Notes under the pieces: model-generated
What the model saw: the letters and a program-made list of their open reading frames with translations, nothing else
Databases searched by the model: none
What the model was told of the DNA's origin: nothing
Source: Nitrososphaeraceae archaeon
Lineage (GTDB): Archaea > Thermoproteota > Nitrososphaeria > Nitrososphaerales > Nitrososphaeraceae
Length of the DNA stretch: 64,000 bases
Assembly: GCA_044870765.1 (NCBI GenBank)
Contig: JBIOZG010000015.1
Span: 1-64,000, forward strand
Direction of reading: 5' to 3'
Shown: piece after piece, positions 28,297 through 38,032 of the stretch
How the letters are laid out: the number at the start of each line of letters is the position of its first letter
Position numbering within the stretch: position 1 is the first letter of the stretch
Made by a program: the position numbers and the translations under genes

Positions 28297-30009
28297 GTGG
28301 AATTAATACAAATATCTAACCGTAGCGTAAATAAAGTTAATACAGACAAGCGAACCATACGATTTACTCAGAGCATTTGCCCAGATTGCAATATGATTCT
28401 TGATGCAGAAGTTTTTGAAAGAGAAGGTAAAGTCTTTATGACAAAAACTTGTCCGACACACGGAGAATGTGAGGAGCTATACTTTGGTTCCTACAAGATG
28501 TATAATAAATTTAGCACATATTGGATGGATGGAAAAGGAGCACATGCGCCAAATGTAATGGTGGACAAGTGTGCATGCCCGACTAATTGTGGATTGTGTA
28601 CAAACCATTTGTCACACTCTGGCCTTGCTAATATGATAGTTACAAATAGATGCGATCTTACATGCTGGTATTGTTTCTTTTATGTCAAAAAGGGCTTAGA
28701 AGGTGCATATTTGTATGAGCCTACACATCAGCAAGTTCGAGCCATGATGAAAACCCTAAAGGCGGAAAAACCAATTGCTGGAAATTCAATCCAAATCACT
28801 GGCGGTGAACCCATGCTAAGGGATGATATCACTGATATCATTAGAATTATGAAAGAAGAGGGTGTGGACCACGTGCAAATGAATACAAATGGTATTAAAT
28901 TGGCACTTTCACCAGAAACAATGCGCCAAGTAAGAAATGCTGGTGTAAGTAATCTCTATTTGTCATTTGATGGAGTAACTCCAAGAACTAATCCAAAGAA
29001 TCATTGGGAAGTTCCTTATGCCCTGGAATCTGCAAGAAAATCCGGAACCACTGTAGTATTTGTACCTACTGTAATAAAGTCCATTAATGATCACGAGCTA
29101 GGCCCAATTATTCGATATGCCCAAAAACATCTTGATGTAGTTCACGCAGTAAACTTCCAACCCGTTTCATTAACCGGTAGAATGGGCAAAAAAGAGCGAG
29201 AAAAATATAGAATTACCATTCCAGACTGTATAGAAAGAATCCAAGAACAAACAAATGGTGAAGTATCAGTCGATGATTGGTTCCCTGTTCCATCATGTAT
29301 GCCGTTGACAAATGTTATTGAGGCATTCAGTAAAAAACCAAAATACGAACTTTCGATTCACTTTGCTTGTGGTGCTGGAACGTATGTATTTGAGGATACT
29401 CAAACCAAGAAGTTAATTCCTCTTACGTCATTTGTTGATCTCAAAGGAGTCTTGGAATACTTTGAAGAAAAAGCTGACGAAATAAAATCAGGTGCAAATA
29501 GATACTGGTCAATGTTGCAGGTAATTAGGAAACTAAATCAATTTATAGACAGAGACAAACAACCTCACGGATTGAATCTCGCAAAGATGTTCTCGAGTAT
29601 ATTGCTGAAGCGTAATTTTGACTCAGTAGGTTCATGGCATGTTCGTTCGCTCTTCTTGGGAATGATGCACTTCCAGGATAAATATAACGAAGATCTTGAG
29701 AGACTGCAGAGATGCGATATTCATTATTTGACTCCTGATTTGCGAATTATTCCATTCTGTGCATTTAACGTAATTCCAGAATGGTATAGGGATAGAATAC
29801 AAAAGAAATACAGCATTCCGGTCGAAGAATGGGAAAAAGCTCATGGACAAACACTTGAAGCAGGTTTGTATCGTGGTATTATGAGAAAGGGTAAACCGGA
29901 GGCCCAAATGGGATGTGCAATGTCAGAAATGCACAAGGCAGCTGCCGAATCTATGGAAAATGATGACCACAAGGCCGTTGAATTAAGAAACGGAATGGCC
30001 GGCGCCTAA
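28297..30009 (+). CDS. tes: tetraether lipid synthase (GDGT-MAS/Tes, radical SAM)
   Basis: N-terminal CPDC..CPTHG and CPTNCGLC..H; radical SAM CDLTCWYC; C-terminal HFACG, RCDIHY and IPFCAFN. Confidence 0.9.
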   Translation: MELIQISNRSVNKVNTDKRTIRFTQSICPDCNMILDAEVFEREGKVFMTKTCPTHGECEELYFGSYKMYNKFSTYWMDGKGAHAPNVMVDKCACPTNCGLCTNHLSHSGLANMIVTNRCDLTCWYCFFYVKKGLEGAYLYEPTHQQVRAMMKTLKAEKPIAGNSIQITGGEPMLRDDITDIIRIMKEEGVDHVQMNTNGIKLALSPETMRQVRNAGVSNLYLSFDGVTPRTNPKNHWEVPYALESARKSGTTVVFVPTVIKSINDHELGPIIRYAQKHLDVVHAVNFQPVSLTGRMGKKEREKYRITIPDCIERIQEQTNGEVSVDDWFPVPSCMPLTNVIEAFSKKPKYELSIHFACGAGTYVFEDTQTKKLIPLTSFVDLKGVLEYFEEKADEIKSGANRYWSMLQVIRKLNQFIDRDKQPHGLNLAKMFSSILLKRNFDSVGSWHVRSLFLGMMHFQDKYNEDLERLQRCDIHYLTPDLRIIPFCAFNVIPEWYRDRIQKKYSIPVEEWEKAHGQTLEAGLYRGIMRKGKPEAQMGCAMSEMHKAAAESMENDDHKAVELRNGMAGA

Positions 30010-30131
30010 AGTTTTTACTTTACCCTCATTCTTATTTTTCACATTTTAGTCTATAGTATACCTTACTTTCTGCAAGTTAATTTTTTAGAATTCTATAATT
30101 TTGGACTGAAATCAGAATAAGATTTAATTGA

Positions 30132-31013
30132 ATGCAACTTCCAATTTTCACAATGTCTAATATGAAATACATTCAACTTGAACCTCAAGGCGAAATTGCT
30201 CTACTGAGAATAAACAGACCTGAAGCGCTGAATGCAATGAATTCAGATGTAATTTCTGAGCTGTCTCGGACAATTGATATTGTAGGCACAGATGAAAGTA
30301 TCAAAGTTGTAATTATAACAGGGGCAGGGGAAAAATCCTTCTGTGCCGGTGCAGATATCTCATACATGGTGAACATAGATCCTATATCGGCAGAAAAGTA
30401 CGCTTCATCAGCGCAATCTGTACTGAATAAAATTGAACGCCTCAATAAACCAGTGATAGCAGCCGTAAACGGGTATGCATTGGGTGGCGGTTGTGAGTTA
30501 GCGATGGTTTGCGATATTCGGATTGCCTCAAGTAATGCAAAACTGGGTCAACCTGAAGTAACTATAGGAATTCCTCCTGGTTGGGGAGGAACACAAAGGC
30601 TAATGAGGTTGGTTGGACCTGCGAAAGCAAAGGAATTAGTTTTCACAGGAAGGATGGTGTCTGCTGATGAAGCCTTTCATCTGGGTCTGGTTAATACCGT
30701 GATTAGCTTGAACTCCGATGATAATCTGCCTCCGGAAGCACCAAAAGACAACAAGGAGAAGGAAAAGGAACGGAATATTCAGATTGCAAAACTTCTCAAT
30801 ACCAAGCTTTTGAATGAATGCGTTAATTTGGCCAAGCAAATTGCACAGAATAGTTTTAACGCCGTGAAAGTCAGTAAAATGTTGATTAACAGGGGTATGG
30901 ATGCAGATCTGGATACAGGACTTCGATTAGAGATTTACGGCTGGTCCTTGTGTTTTGCACATGAAGATAGACAAAAGATGATGTCAGAATTTCTAAACAA
31001 AAGCAAGAAGTGA
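30132..31013 (+). CDS. enoyl-CoA hydratase (probable 3-hydroxypropionyl-CoA dehydratase/crotonyl-CoA hydratase of the 3HP/4HB cycle)
   Basis: FCAGADI, NGYALGGGCEL and GQPEVTIGIPPGWGGTQRL crotonase motifs; the pathway role is inferred from lineage. Confidence 0.88.
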   Translation: MQLPIFTMSNMKYIQLEPQGEIALLRINRPEALNAMNSDVISELSRTIDIVGTDESIKVVIITGAGEKSFCAGADISYMVNIDPISAEKYASSAQSVLNKIERLNKPVIAAVNGYALGGGCELAMVCDIRIASSNAKLGQPEVTIGIPPGWGGTQRLMRLVGPAKAKELVFTGRMVSADEAFHLGLVNTVISLNSDDNLPPEAPKDNKEKEKERNIQIAKLLNTKLLNECVNLAKQIAQNSFNAVKVSKMLINRGMDADLDTGLRLEIYGWSLCFAHEDRQKMMSEFLNKSKK

Positions 31014-31041
31014 GAATACAGCCTTTTCCATATCTTTCAAA

Positions 31042-32004
31042 TCAAGATTTCGAAATTACTCTGGCTCCACCACTTGGGTGACAAACATAGGCTTTACTTT
31101 GAATATTAGAACTGACAAAACCCTCTTCCATTGATTGTCCAATTTTGCTCGCATTCTTTTTAGTATTTGTAAATGCAATCATCGACGGTCCAGCGCCGCT
31201 TATGGTTACTGCTAGGGCGCCAGAACTAATTGCATTTGATTTTACTTTATCATATCCTGGAATAAGGCTCTTCCTGGCAGGTTCTACAATTAAATCGTTC
31301 ATCCCCTTCGATAAAAGTTTGGTATCCTGATGAAAAAAACCACTTACTATGATACATGCATTTGACAAATTTCTTGTATGATCTTCTATTGGTATCCTGT
31401 TTGGTATCACGCTTCTCGCATGTTTTGTTTTCTTAATTGGAGTTATCAAGTTGGGAACGCAAACTATTATTACCAGGTCTTTAGGTGTGTCTATTTTGAT
31501 AAATTCAAGAGAAGGGAATGTTCTTACAACCACAAATCCTCCAAATAGTGAAGCGACTACATTATCATAATGCTTTACACCCGCACTACTTACTTCACCT
31601 TCTGCAGCGAAATCCAGTAATTCATATTCGGTTAACCTGCATTGAAATAATTCGTTGAATGCTGTAACGGCTGCAGCACTGGATGCAGCGCTGCTTCCCA
31701 ATCCCAGTCCTATTGGCACTCCCTTGGTGATCCTAATCTCAAGATCGTTTTTGATTTTCTTTTTTTGAGCGATTTTCATTACGGCGAGACTCGCAGTATT
31801 TTCTTCAACTATGGATGGAATGCTGGTATTATTGTCTAATGTGATTCTTATTTTTCCATTCGTTGTTGCTAACTTGTGGATAGATACGGTATCATAAAAA
31901 AGATCTAGTCCCAGACCAAATACATCAAAGCCTGGACCTAGATTGGCCGTTGAGGAGGGGGCCGTTGCCTTACAAAAATCAAAAGTTGCTTTCATTTGCA
32001 TCAC
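31042..32004 (-). CDS. thrB: homoserine kinase
   Basis: PSSTANLGPGFD, PIGLGLGSSAAS, HYDNV and ISGAGPS. Confidence 0.95.
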   Translation of the reverse strand: MMQMKATFDFCKATAPSSTANLGPGFDVFGLGLDLFYDTVSIHKLATTNGKIRITLDNNTSIPSIVEENTASLAVMKIAQKKKIKNDLEIRITKGVPIGLGLGSSAASSAAAVTAFNELFQCRLTEYELLDFAAEGEVSSAGVKHYDNVVASLFGGFVVVRTFPSLEFIKIDTPKDLVIIVCVPNLITPIKKTKHARSVIPNRIPIEDHTRNLSNACIIVSGFFHQDTKLLSKGMNDLIVEPARKSLIPGYDKVKSNAISSGALAVTISGAGPSMIAFTNTKKNASKIGQSMEEGFVSSNIQSKAYVCHPSGGARVISKS

Positions 32005-32762
32005 TAGTCTGCTTTTTCTTCACCAAGATTAAGTACCCTAGAGAGTGCTGCAGTAAGATTTACCATACCACTCATTGTTAAACTTGAAACGAGAATCGGA
32101 TTTTGCATTAATTTATTTTTTGACAATGCGTGTAACAGATCCTTGCTCAGCAAGGAATATTCGCTATTCTTTTCACCCTGCAATGCATCTTCTAGATATG
32201 ATCTAGAGGACCATCTGACAATTTCCTGCAACTTGTCAATTACAAGGTCTCTTTTTGTCATTACGTCTATCTGGGAAATGTTCAAACGCAGCCTTACAGA
32301 GGTTGCTATCAATGCTATTGAAATAAAATTTATTGGGCTGGAGGACGCTAAAATCCCATCAAAAGTAAAAATGTTTATCTTGTTATCAGATTGAAAATTT
32401 GAAATAAAATAAGGGCCACTAGCCCTGAATATGAATAACTCTATTTGACCAGGGGTGTCTACAACCACGAAATCTGGATTCAAATCAAAAACCTCATCCT
32501 GAATCTCATCAAGTTTTGTAGCTATTAAATCGGCTGCCATAATCAGCGCGCCATTTGGCCCCAGATCGTGTTCGGACATTATCTTGGAGATATCAATGTA
32601 ATTTCTCACATCAACATCAGGCTCATATGGCAATGAAAGCACACCTGGATCTAGATTCAAGGAGATAGGATAGAAATTATTGTCTTTGTACCATTCGATT
32701 AGTTTGGATGTAAGAAGTGATTTTCCAGCTCCTGCCGTCCCCGTGACAAAAATTGATTCCAA
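32004..32762 (-). CDS. GPN-loop GTPase
   Basis: GTAGAGKS, NLDPG, LGPNGA and DTPGQIELF. Confidence 0.93.
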   Translation of the reverse strand: MESIFVTGTAGAGKSLLTSKLIEWYKDNNFYPISLNLDPGVLSLPYEPDVDVRNYIDISKIMSEHDLGPNGALIMAADLIATKLDEIQDEVFDLNPDFVVVDTPGQIELFIFRASGPYFISNFQSDNKINIFTFDGILASSSPINFISIALIATSVRLRLNISQIDVMTKRDLVIDKLQEIVRWSSRSYLEDALQGEKNSEYSLLSKDLLHALSKNKLMQNPILVSSLTMSGMVNLTAALSRVLNLGEEKAD

Positions 32763-32843
32763 ATATACTTGAAAAACAAAGAGTTGAATATATTAATTCT
32801 ATTGATTATTATATGACTAGATACTATTTTGCATTGACCGGGA

Positions 32844-33893
32844 TTGAAATGGAGAGTTATTGCAGTTGCAGTAAGCCTTATCCCATTTTTATTATTATTT
32901 ACCTTTACCCCAGTTTCTCCCGCTGATGTGTTTTCTGTAGGACTAGTGCCATTCTTGCTTTCAGTATCGGCTGTCATGGTACGTATCTTATTACAAGCAT
33001 ATAGGTTTAGGTATTTTATCAATCACTTCATAGGCCCTAATTATAGTACAACTCTAAAGACCATGAATGCGAGGATTGCCGGTGAATTTGTTACACAGAC
33101 AACTCCATCATTTATTGGCGGTGAAATAGTAAGGATTGCATGGCTCATTAAAAATGGTGTAACAGCAGGAAAGGCTGCGTGGGTGGCCACAGCAGAAATA
33201 ATTGCTGACGTTTTTGTAGGGAGCATTTTGGCATTTATTGCAGGCACTGTGGCCATACTTAGTGGGGGTTCTTTTATTGGTATTTTGGTCATACTCGTTG
33301 CGATACCAACATTTGGTTTCTGGTTTATGGTGGTTGTGTTGTCTGCGAACAGAAATATACAGCTACCCAATTTTGCTATAAAATTGCTTAAAAGATTTTT
33401 ATCAAAAGAGAGATCAGAACGCCTGATAAATTCAACAAATATTGCTTTAGCTGATTTGTGCAAAATGAGCAGAGAAAATTTTACGTCGTTCAATTCAGTG
33501 AAGGTCCTGTCAGTAGGAATGGCAATAACGTTCATAGCATTTGTATTTCAAGGTATTTCATTTTTAGTGCTTGCGCAATCAGTTGGTGAACATGTTGGAT
33601 TTTTTCAATCATTTATGGCCACATCAGCATCCACTGCTTTATCCACCCTCCCGATTACCATTGGAGGATCAGGTTTAGCAGAATTAGGCATATGGGCGTA
33701 CATTACGAATATTAGTTCCATTCCTAATTTAACTGATGTATTGAATTCGTCTCAATTGTCAGTAATCATCGCATGGAGAATTGCCACATATCATATACCA
33801 CTAGTTATAATGTGGATAGCTCTTATGAGGATTACAATTGGTAAAGATTCTATTGCAAATCAAATTAAATCCAAGAATCGGGACAATAGATAG
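32844..33893 (+). CDS. UPF0104/lysylphosphatidylglycerol-synthase TM (flippase-like) protein
   Basis: TPSFIGGEIVR, LPITIGGSGLAE and AWRIATY; multi-TM. Confidence 0.85.
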   Translation: MKWRVIAVAVSLIPFLLLFTFTPVSPADVFSVGLVPFLLSVSAVMVRILLQAYRFRYFINHFIGPNYSTTLKTMNARIAGEFVTQTTPSFIGGEIVRIAWLIKNGVTAGKAAWVATAEIIADVFVGSILAFIAGTVAILSGGSFIGILVILVAIPTFGFWFMVVVLSANRNIQLPNFAIKLLKRFLSKERSERLINSTNIALADLCKMSRENFTSFNSVKVLSVGMAITFIAFVFQGISFLVLAQSVGEHVGFFQSFMATSASTALSTLPITIGGSGLAELGIWAYITNISSIPNLTDVLNSSQLSVIIAWRIATYHIPLVIMWIALMRITIGKDSIANQIKSKNRDNR

Positions 33894-33938
33894 TAAGCAA
33901 TTAGAAATGATAATGTGCTAATACATTGAGGACTTGCA

Positions 33939-34736
33939 ATGAATAAATTAAGAGGGAAAACAGTCGTTATCACCGGAGCTTCATCTGGTATAGGAAGATC
34001 AACAGTATTTGATTTTGTCAAACAACAAGTCAAATCAATTGTACTTGTTTCCAGAAATAAAGAACGTTTGTCAGAAGTTTCGTCGGAAATCCATGGAAAA
34101 TGCGAGTCTATGGTCGTTGCATGCGACGTGTCAAATAAAACAGAGGTTCTAAAAATGGCAAAGGACGTACTTTCAGTTCATGATGTTGACATATTGGTTA
34201 ACAATGCAGGAATTGGAATTTTAGGTGATGTAGCCAATCAGTCAATAGCAGATATGGAATCAGTTACCAAAACAAATTACTTTGGAATGATTTATTGCAC
34301 TAAAGTATTTCTAGATCCAATGCTAAGAAAGAAAAATGGACACATAGTAAATGTCGCATCACTGGCGGCAAGCTTTGGTATACCTGGGTTGGCGGCATAT
34401 TGCGGATCAAAATTTGCCATGTTGGGTTTTTCTGAGTCGCTACGACATGAATTGCATGGGACAGGTGTACATGTTACTGTTGTAAGCCCTATTGGCGTTA
34501 AGACAAATTTTTTCTATCATCCATCTTTTGGAAATAAATTCAAAAGTAAGGAGCGATTTTATCTTGAACCCAATTCTGTATCTAAAGAAATCATAAGGGC
34601 TTGCACATCAAATAGATTAGAAATAGTTGTACCGTTCTATATGCGTGGCGGAGTATGGTTAAAACACACGATACCATACCTAGTAAATCCAATTGTGGGT
34701 ACTTCTTTCCGAAAAATATGGGACATTAAAAATTGA
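33939..34736 (+). CDS. short-chain dehydrogenase/reductase
   Basis: TGASSGIG, NNAG and YCGSK. Confidence 0.93.
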   Translation: MNKLRGKTVVITGASSGIGRSTVFDFVKQQVKSIVLVSRNKERLSEVSSEIHGKCESMVVACDVSNKTEVLKMAKDVLSVHDVDILVNNAGIGILGDVANQSIADMESVTKTNYFGMIYCTKVFLDPMLRKKNGHIVNVASLAASFGIPGLAAYCGSKFAMLGFSESLRHELHGTGVHVTVVSPIGVKTNFFYHPSFGNKFKSKERFYLEPNSVSKEIIRACTSNRLEIVVPFYMRGGVWLKHTIPYLVNPIVGTSFRKIWDIKN

Positions 34737-34745
34737 ATTGGTTAT

Positions 34746-35234
34746 TCATTCATCCTCATCTTCACCAGAACTTGTTGATGCCTGGAAATCCGATTCTACA
34801 TCCATAAGCTGAAGATCTTCTAATTCAAATCTAAATATCGCACTCATTTCAAGATTGTAGTTTGTTTTTAACAACTCTACTAGCTTGGCACTTAATTCAC
34901 CCTTAAACATTCTTATTTTAAATTCATAAATGAATCCTTTTAGAAAGTCTGAAATTTTCAAATTATTTGGAACATCCAAACCTTCTATTATTGTTCTCCC
35001 ATCGGAAAGTGCTTCATATATTTGCAAATCAATTTTGTGCGCATCTCCGTAAACTGCTAGAATATAGCCAGATCTTGTCAGGATTTCGGGTTTATCAAAC
35101 TGCACAGCTTTAATTTCGTCTTCTGCCCATTGCGGTAGCGTACCTTCATCTCCGGGTGGGTCACTTTTTGCACCTTTATTTGAAACTTGAGTTTTTGACC
35201 TTGGCATGACTAATTTAATAATGATGTACCACAT
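34746..35234 (-). CDS. hypothetical protein
   Basis: Clean ORF (probable start MPRSK) with an acidic tail. Confidence 0.7.
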   Translation of the reverse strand: MWYIIIKLVMPRSKTQVSNKGAKSDPPGDEGTLPQWAEDEIKAVQFDKPEILTRSGYILAVYGDAHKIDLQIYEALSDGRTIIEGLDVPNNLKISDFLKGFIYEFKIRMFKGELSAKLVELLKTNYNLEMSAIFRFELEDLQLMDVESDFQASTSSGEDEDE

Positions 35235-35516
35235 TTGCTTTCTAAAAAACTTTCTACGTAAATATCGTTAGTTTGACAGCAAATAAAATTGATAAAAATG
35301 GAGCTGCGAAAAATTGTATTGTATATAATTAACATTTTAAAATAATTTCAATGATTCTTTTATCCTCATCTTCCCGCCTGTATTATTGGCACATTGTAGA
35401 ATCAAGCCGTAGATATTATTTGAGATGATAATATTATGATTAATCAAATCAACAGAGGGCAATCACACCATTAAGGCTAAAAACCTTTAATGCCTTAGAA
35501 ATTATAGACTATAAAG

Positions 35517-36653
35517 TTGACAATTAACAAAATTTATAGTCACTTAAACTCCATTCGCACAATGACTGTTGGAGAATTAATGGAACCGCCTTTAATCATA
35601 TCCAAGGATGAGGCACTGTCAAAAATTATCAGCACTCTGCTTGAAACTGAATCCTATGACATCTTCATTGATTTGTCTGGAAAAATAGCAGCCTTGAATA
35701 TTAGGGATATAATTGGAATCAAAGACATAAAAACTACGCGACCTTCATTGGTTGGGAAAATAATTCCCGCATTGAATACGGGGAGTCGAATTGGCGAAGC
35801 GGCGAGGATAATGAGTCATTACAGGATGAGAACTTTACCTGTAGTTCGCAATGGTAACATTGAGGGACAACTTTCAGCTAGGCGGATTGTTGAATTAATC
35901 CGGAAGCAGTTGACTGAGAAAAAATTGAAAATTGTCGCATCCAATGTGATGACCGGTGATCCCATAGTTATTGATTCACACAAGACTGTGACAGCTGCCA
36001 AATCCATAATGAAAAGGAGGAGAATTGATCATATACCAGTAGTTGATAACGGGCGTCTTGTCGGCATCATAACTTCATCTGACATTATGAATGTAATGTC
36101 ACCTCCTGAAAGGATAGGTAAAAAATCAGTAGGTATTGATAATACTGAAGATAACCTTTCGATTGAAGTTTCTGGACTGGCAAACAATAATGTAATAACC
36201 GCCGGAGTAGATGAAAGTGTCCAGGTAGTCTGCGATAGAATGCTGAGTTCACGGTCTACTTATTGCATAATTAAATTATGGGATGAAATTCAAGGCATTA
36301 TTACTTATAGAGACATTGTTGCACTTTTGGGAGAAAAGATTGAGGAAGAGATACCTATGTTTATCGTGGGACTACCCGATGAACCATTTGACGCGGAGCT
36401 AGCTAAATCGAAATTTGCAAACATCACCAGATTTATGAGAAGAATTCATCCCGATATAGAACAGGCTCGCTGCCACATTAAATTGAGAAGCGTCTTGGGC
36501 TCAAGGAAGAGATACGAAATAGATGTACACATAAGTTCTACTCATGGTAACATTTCTTATACCAATGTCGGTTGGGACTTGGCAAAGCTCTTTGATGAAA
36601 TGACCAATGCTCTGAAAAAAAAGGTTTCCCAAAAACATAAAAGAACTCTATAG
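35517..36653 (+). CDS. 4xCBS-domain protein with C-terminal HPF/RaiA-like domain (candidate ribosome hibernation factor)
   Basis: CBS motifs (RTLPVV, DHIPVVDNGRLVGIITSSDI, QGIITYRDI). The C-terminal ~95 aa follow a beta-alpha-beta-beta-beta-alpha pattern ending GWDLAKLFDEMTNALKKK. Confidence 0.75.
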   Translation: MTINKIYSHLNSIRTMTVGELMEPPLIISKDEALSKIISTLLETESYDIFIDLSGKIAALNIRDIIGIKDIKTTRPSLVGKIIPALNTGSRIGEAARIMSHYRMRTLPVVRNGNIEGQLSARRIVELIRKQLTEKKLKIVASNVMTGDPIVIDSHKTVTAAKSIMKRRRIDHIPVVDNGRLVGIITSSDIMNVMSPPERIGKKSVGIDNTEDNLSIEVSGLANNNVITAGVDESVQVVCDRMLSSRSTYCIIKLWDEIQGIITYRDIVALLGEKIEEEIPMFIVGLPDEPFDAELAKSKFANITRFMRRIHPDIEQARCHIKLRSVLGSRKRYEIDVHISSTHGNISYTNVGWDLAKLFDEMTNALKKKVSQKHKRTL

Positions 36654-36947
36654 TATAGTTGGAGCTGGAAATAAGGATCAATAATACTTGCCAATGAGTA
36701 TAGTAATGCTTAATCAACTTTAAAAATTTCTTCTTTCTGATACAACTTTGTGATACTATGTCAAAGGATAGGCCGGTTGCAAACAAAAGTAAGAACAAAA
36801 AGGAGACTCTTATGCGGTCACTTTGTTTTTTTACACTAGGCCGCTAGTATAACTGACGTACTGCATCCAAACTAAAATGGATGTTGTTTTGTTATTAAAA
36901 GAAAATTAATTCTTGACTTAATCGATGCTGAGCAGTTTTTTTTACTC

Positions 36948-38018
36948 TTAGGCTATGCATAATTCTTCATTTAGTGGGTAAAGATATACATTAGCTGTTT
37001 CCTCTCCAATTCTTGTTGAGTGAATTCTTATCCCATTTTGGATTTCTTCTCCGTCTATTCCTATTCCTTGTACGCCAAGTATTGATCCAGGTTCAATTGA
37101 TTCATCACTGGGTATGAATTGATTTCCGGGATATGGTTCTAGTGTAACTCTTTCTTCTCCCAGTATTCCTAAATCTCGCACTGAATTGGACATGACACGT
37201 CCCCCGTCGTTCAAGATCATATCTATGTCGTATAGTCGTCTAACCTGTACCATCGCAGAATGCATATCGAAGTTTTTGCCCGTTACAACATAATCAACCA
37301 AATCTGATTCAGGAATTAACCTTGATGCGTATTCATGCCCTGATTCATTTGTCAAAAAGATCACACTAATTCCGTTTTTGGGATCAAGAATTTTTATTTT
37401 GTTTTTCAGGTAGAGATCAGCCAGTTTAAGTCTACGAAATGTTTTATCAGATCTGGCTACAACAAATTGATGGAACATTGAATTTGTAACTATTTTTTCT
37501 CTAAGCTTTATGAGATCTTCGTAAATTTCTGGAGCTAATTCTCTTACAGCATCTCCAAAAAATTCCCAATTCCAAATTTGTTCTTTGTTGACAACTAGAT
37601 TGTCTGCGCTTATCATCATTGCTTTTGAACCCATCAAGATTCTGTGAGTTGACGCAAATATGCTATCTCCTAACTTTCTAGTCCCACCAGTTAAAGATAA
37701 AACGCCACCACCAGGTTTATGAGTAATCTTGTAAATGTAAACCCCTTTACCACTATCCTTTGTTCTTGCTGCGACATAACTTGTGGCTTGATACGGGACA
37801 CTCATCTTACTAACATAACCAGAAGAAGCACCGATAACTATCTCTGGTAAAATTTTACCCAGATATTCGAGTCCAAAGTCAATCGAAGGTGATATAACCT
37901 TTAGACCTCTATTGATAAAATGACAATAGAGTTCTTCTGAGATTGCTCCAATTTCTAATAATAATGATAGTTGTTTCTTATATCTTGACGTTGTAGAGGC
38001 CATAGAACAAGTTAGCAT
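36948..38018 (-). CDS. hypothetical protein, possibly a divergent RibD-C/DHFR-fold reductase
   Basis: C-terminal DIDMILNDGGRVMSNSVRDLGILGEERVTLEP resembles the RibD_C xxlveGG..l...glvDel.l.i.P motif. Confidence 0.45.
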   Translation of the reverse strand: MLTCSMASTTSRYKKQLSLLLEIGAISEELYCHFINRGLKVISPSIDFGLEYLGKILPEIVIGASSGYVSKMSVPYQATSYVAARTKDSGKGVYIYKITHKPGGGVLSLTGGTRKLGDSIFASTHRILMGSKAMMISADNLVVNKEQIWNWEFFGDAVRELAPEIYEDLIKLREKIVTNSMFHQFVVARSDKTFRRLKLADLYLKNKIKILDPKNGISVIFLTNESGHEYASRLIPESDLVDYVVTGKNFDMHSAMVQVRRLYDIDMILNDGGRVMSNSVRDLGILGEERVTLEPYPGNQFIPSDESIEPGSILGVQGIGIDGEEIQNGIRIHSTRIGEETANVYLYPLNEELCIA

Positions 38019-38032
38019 AGGGCTATATTATC

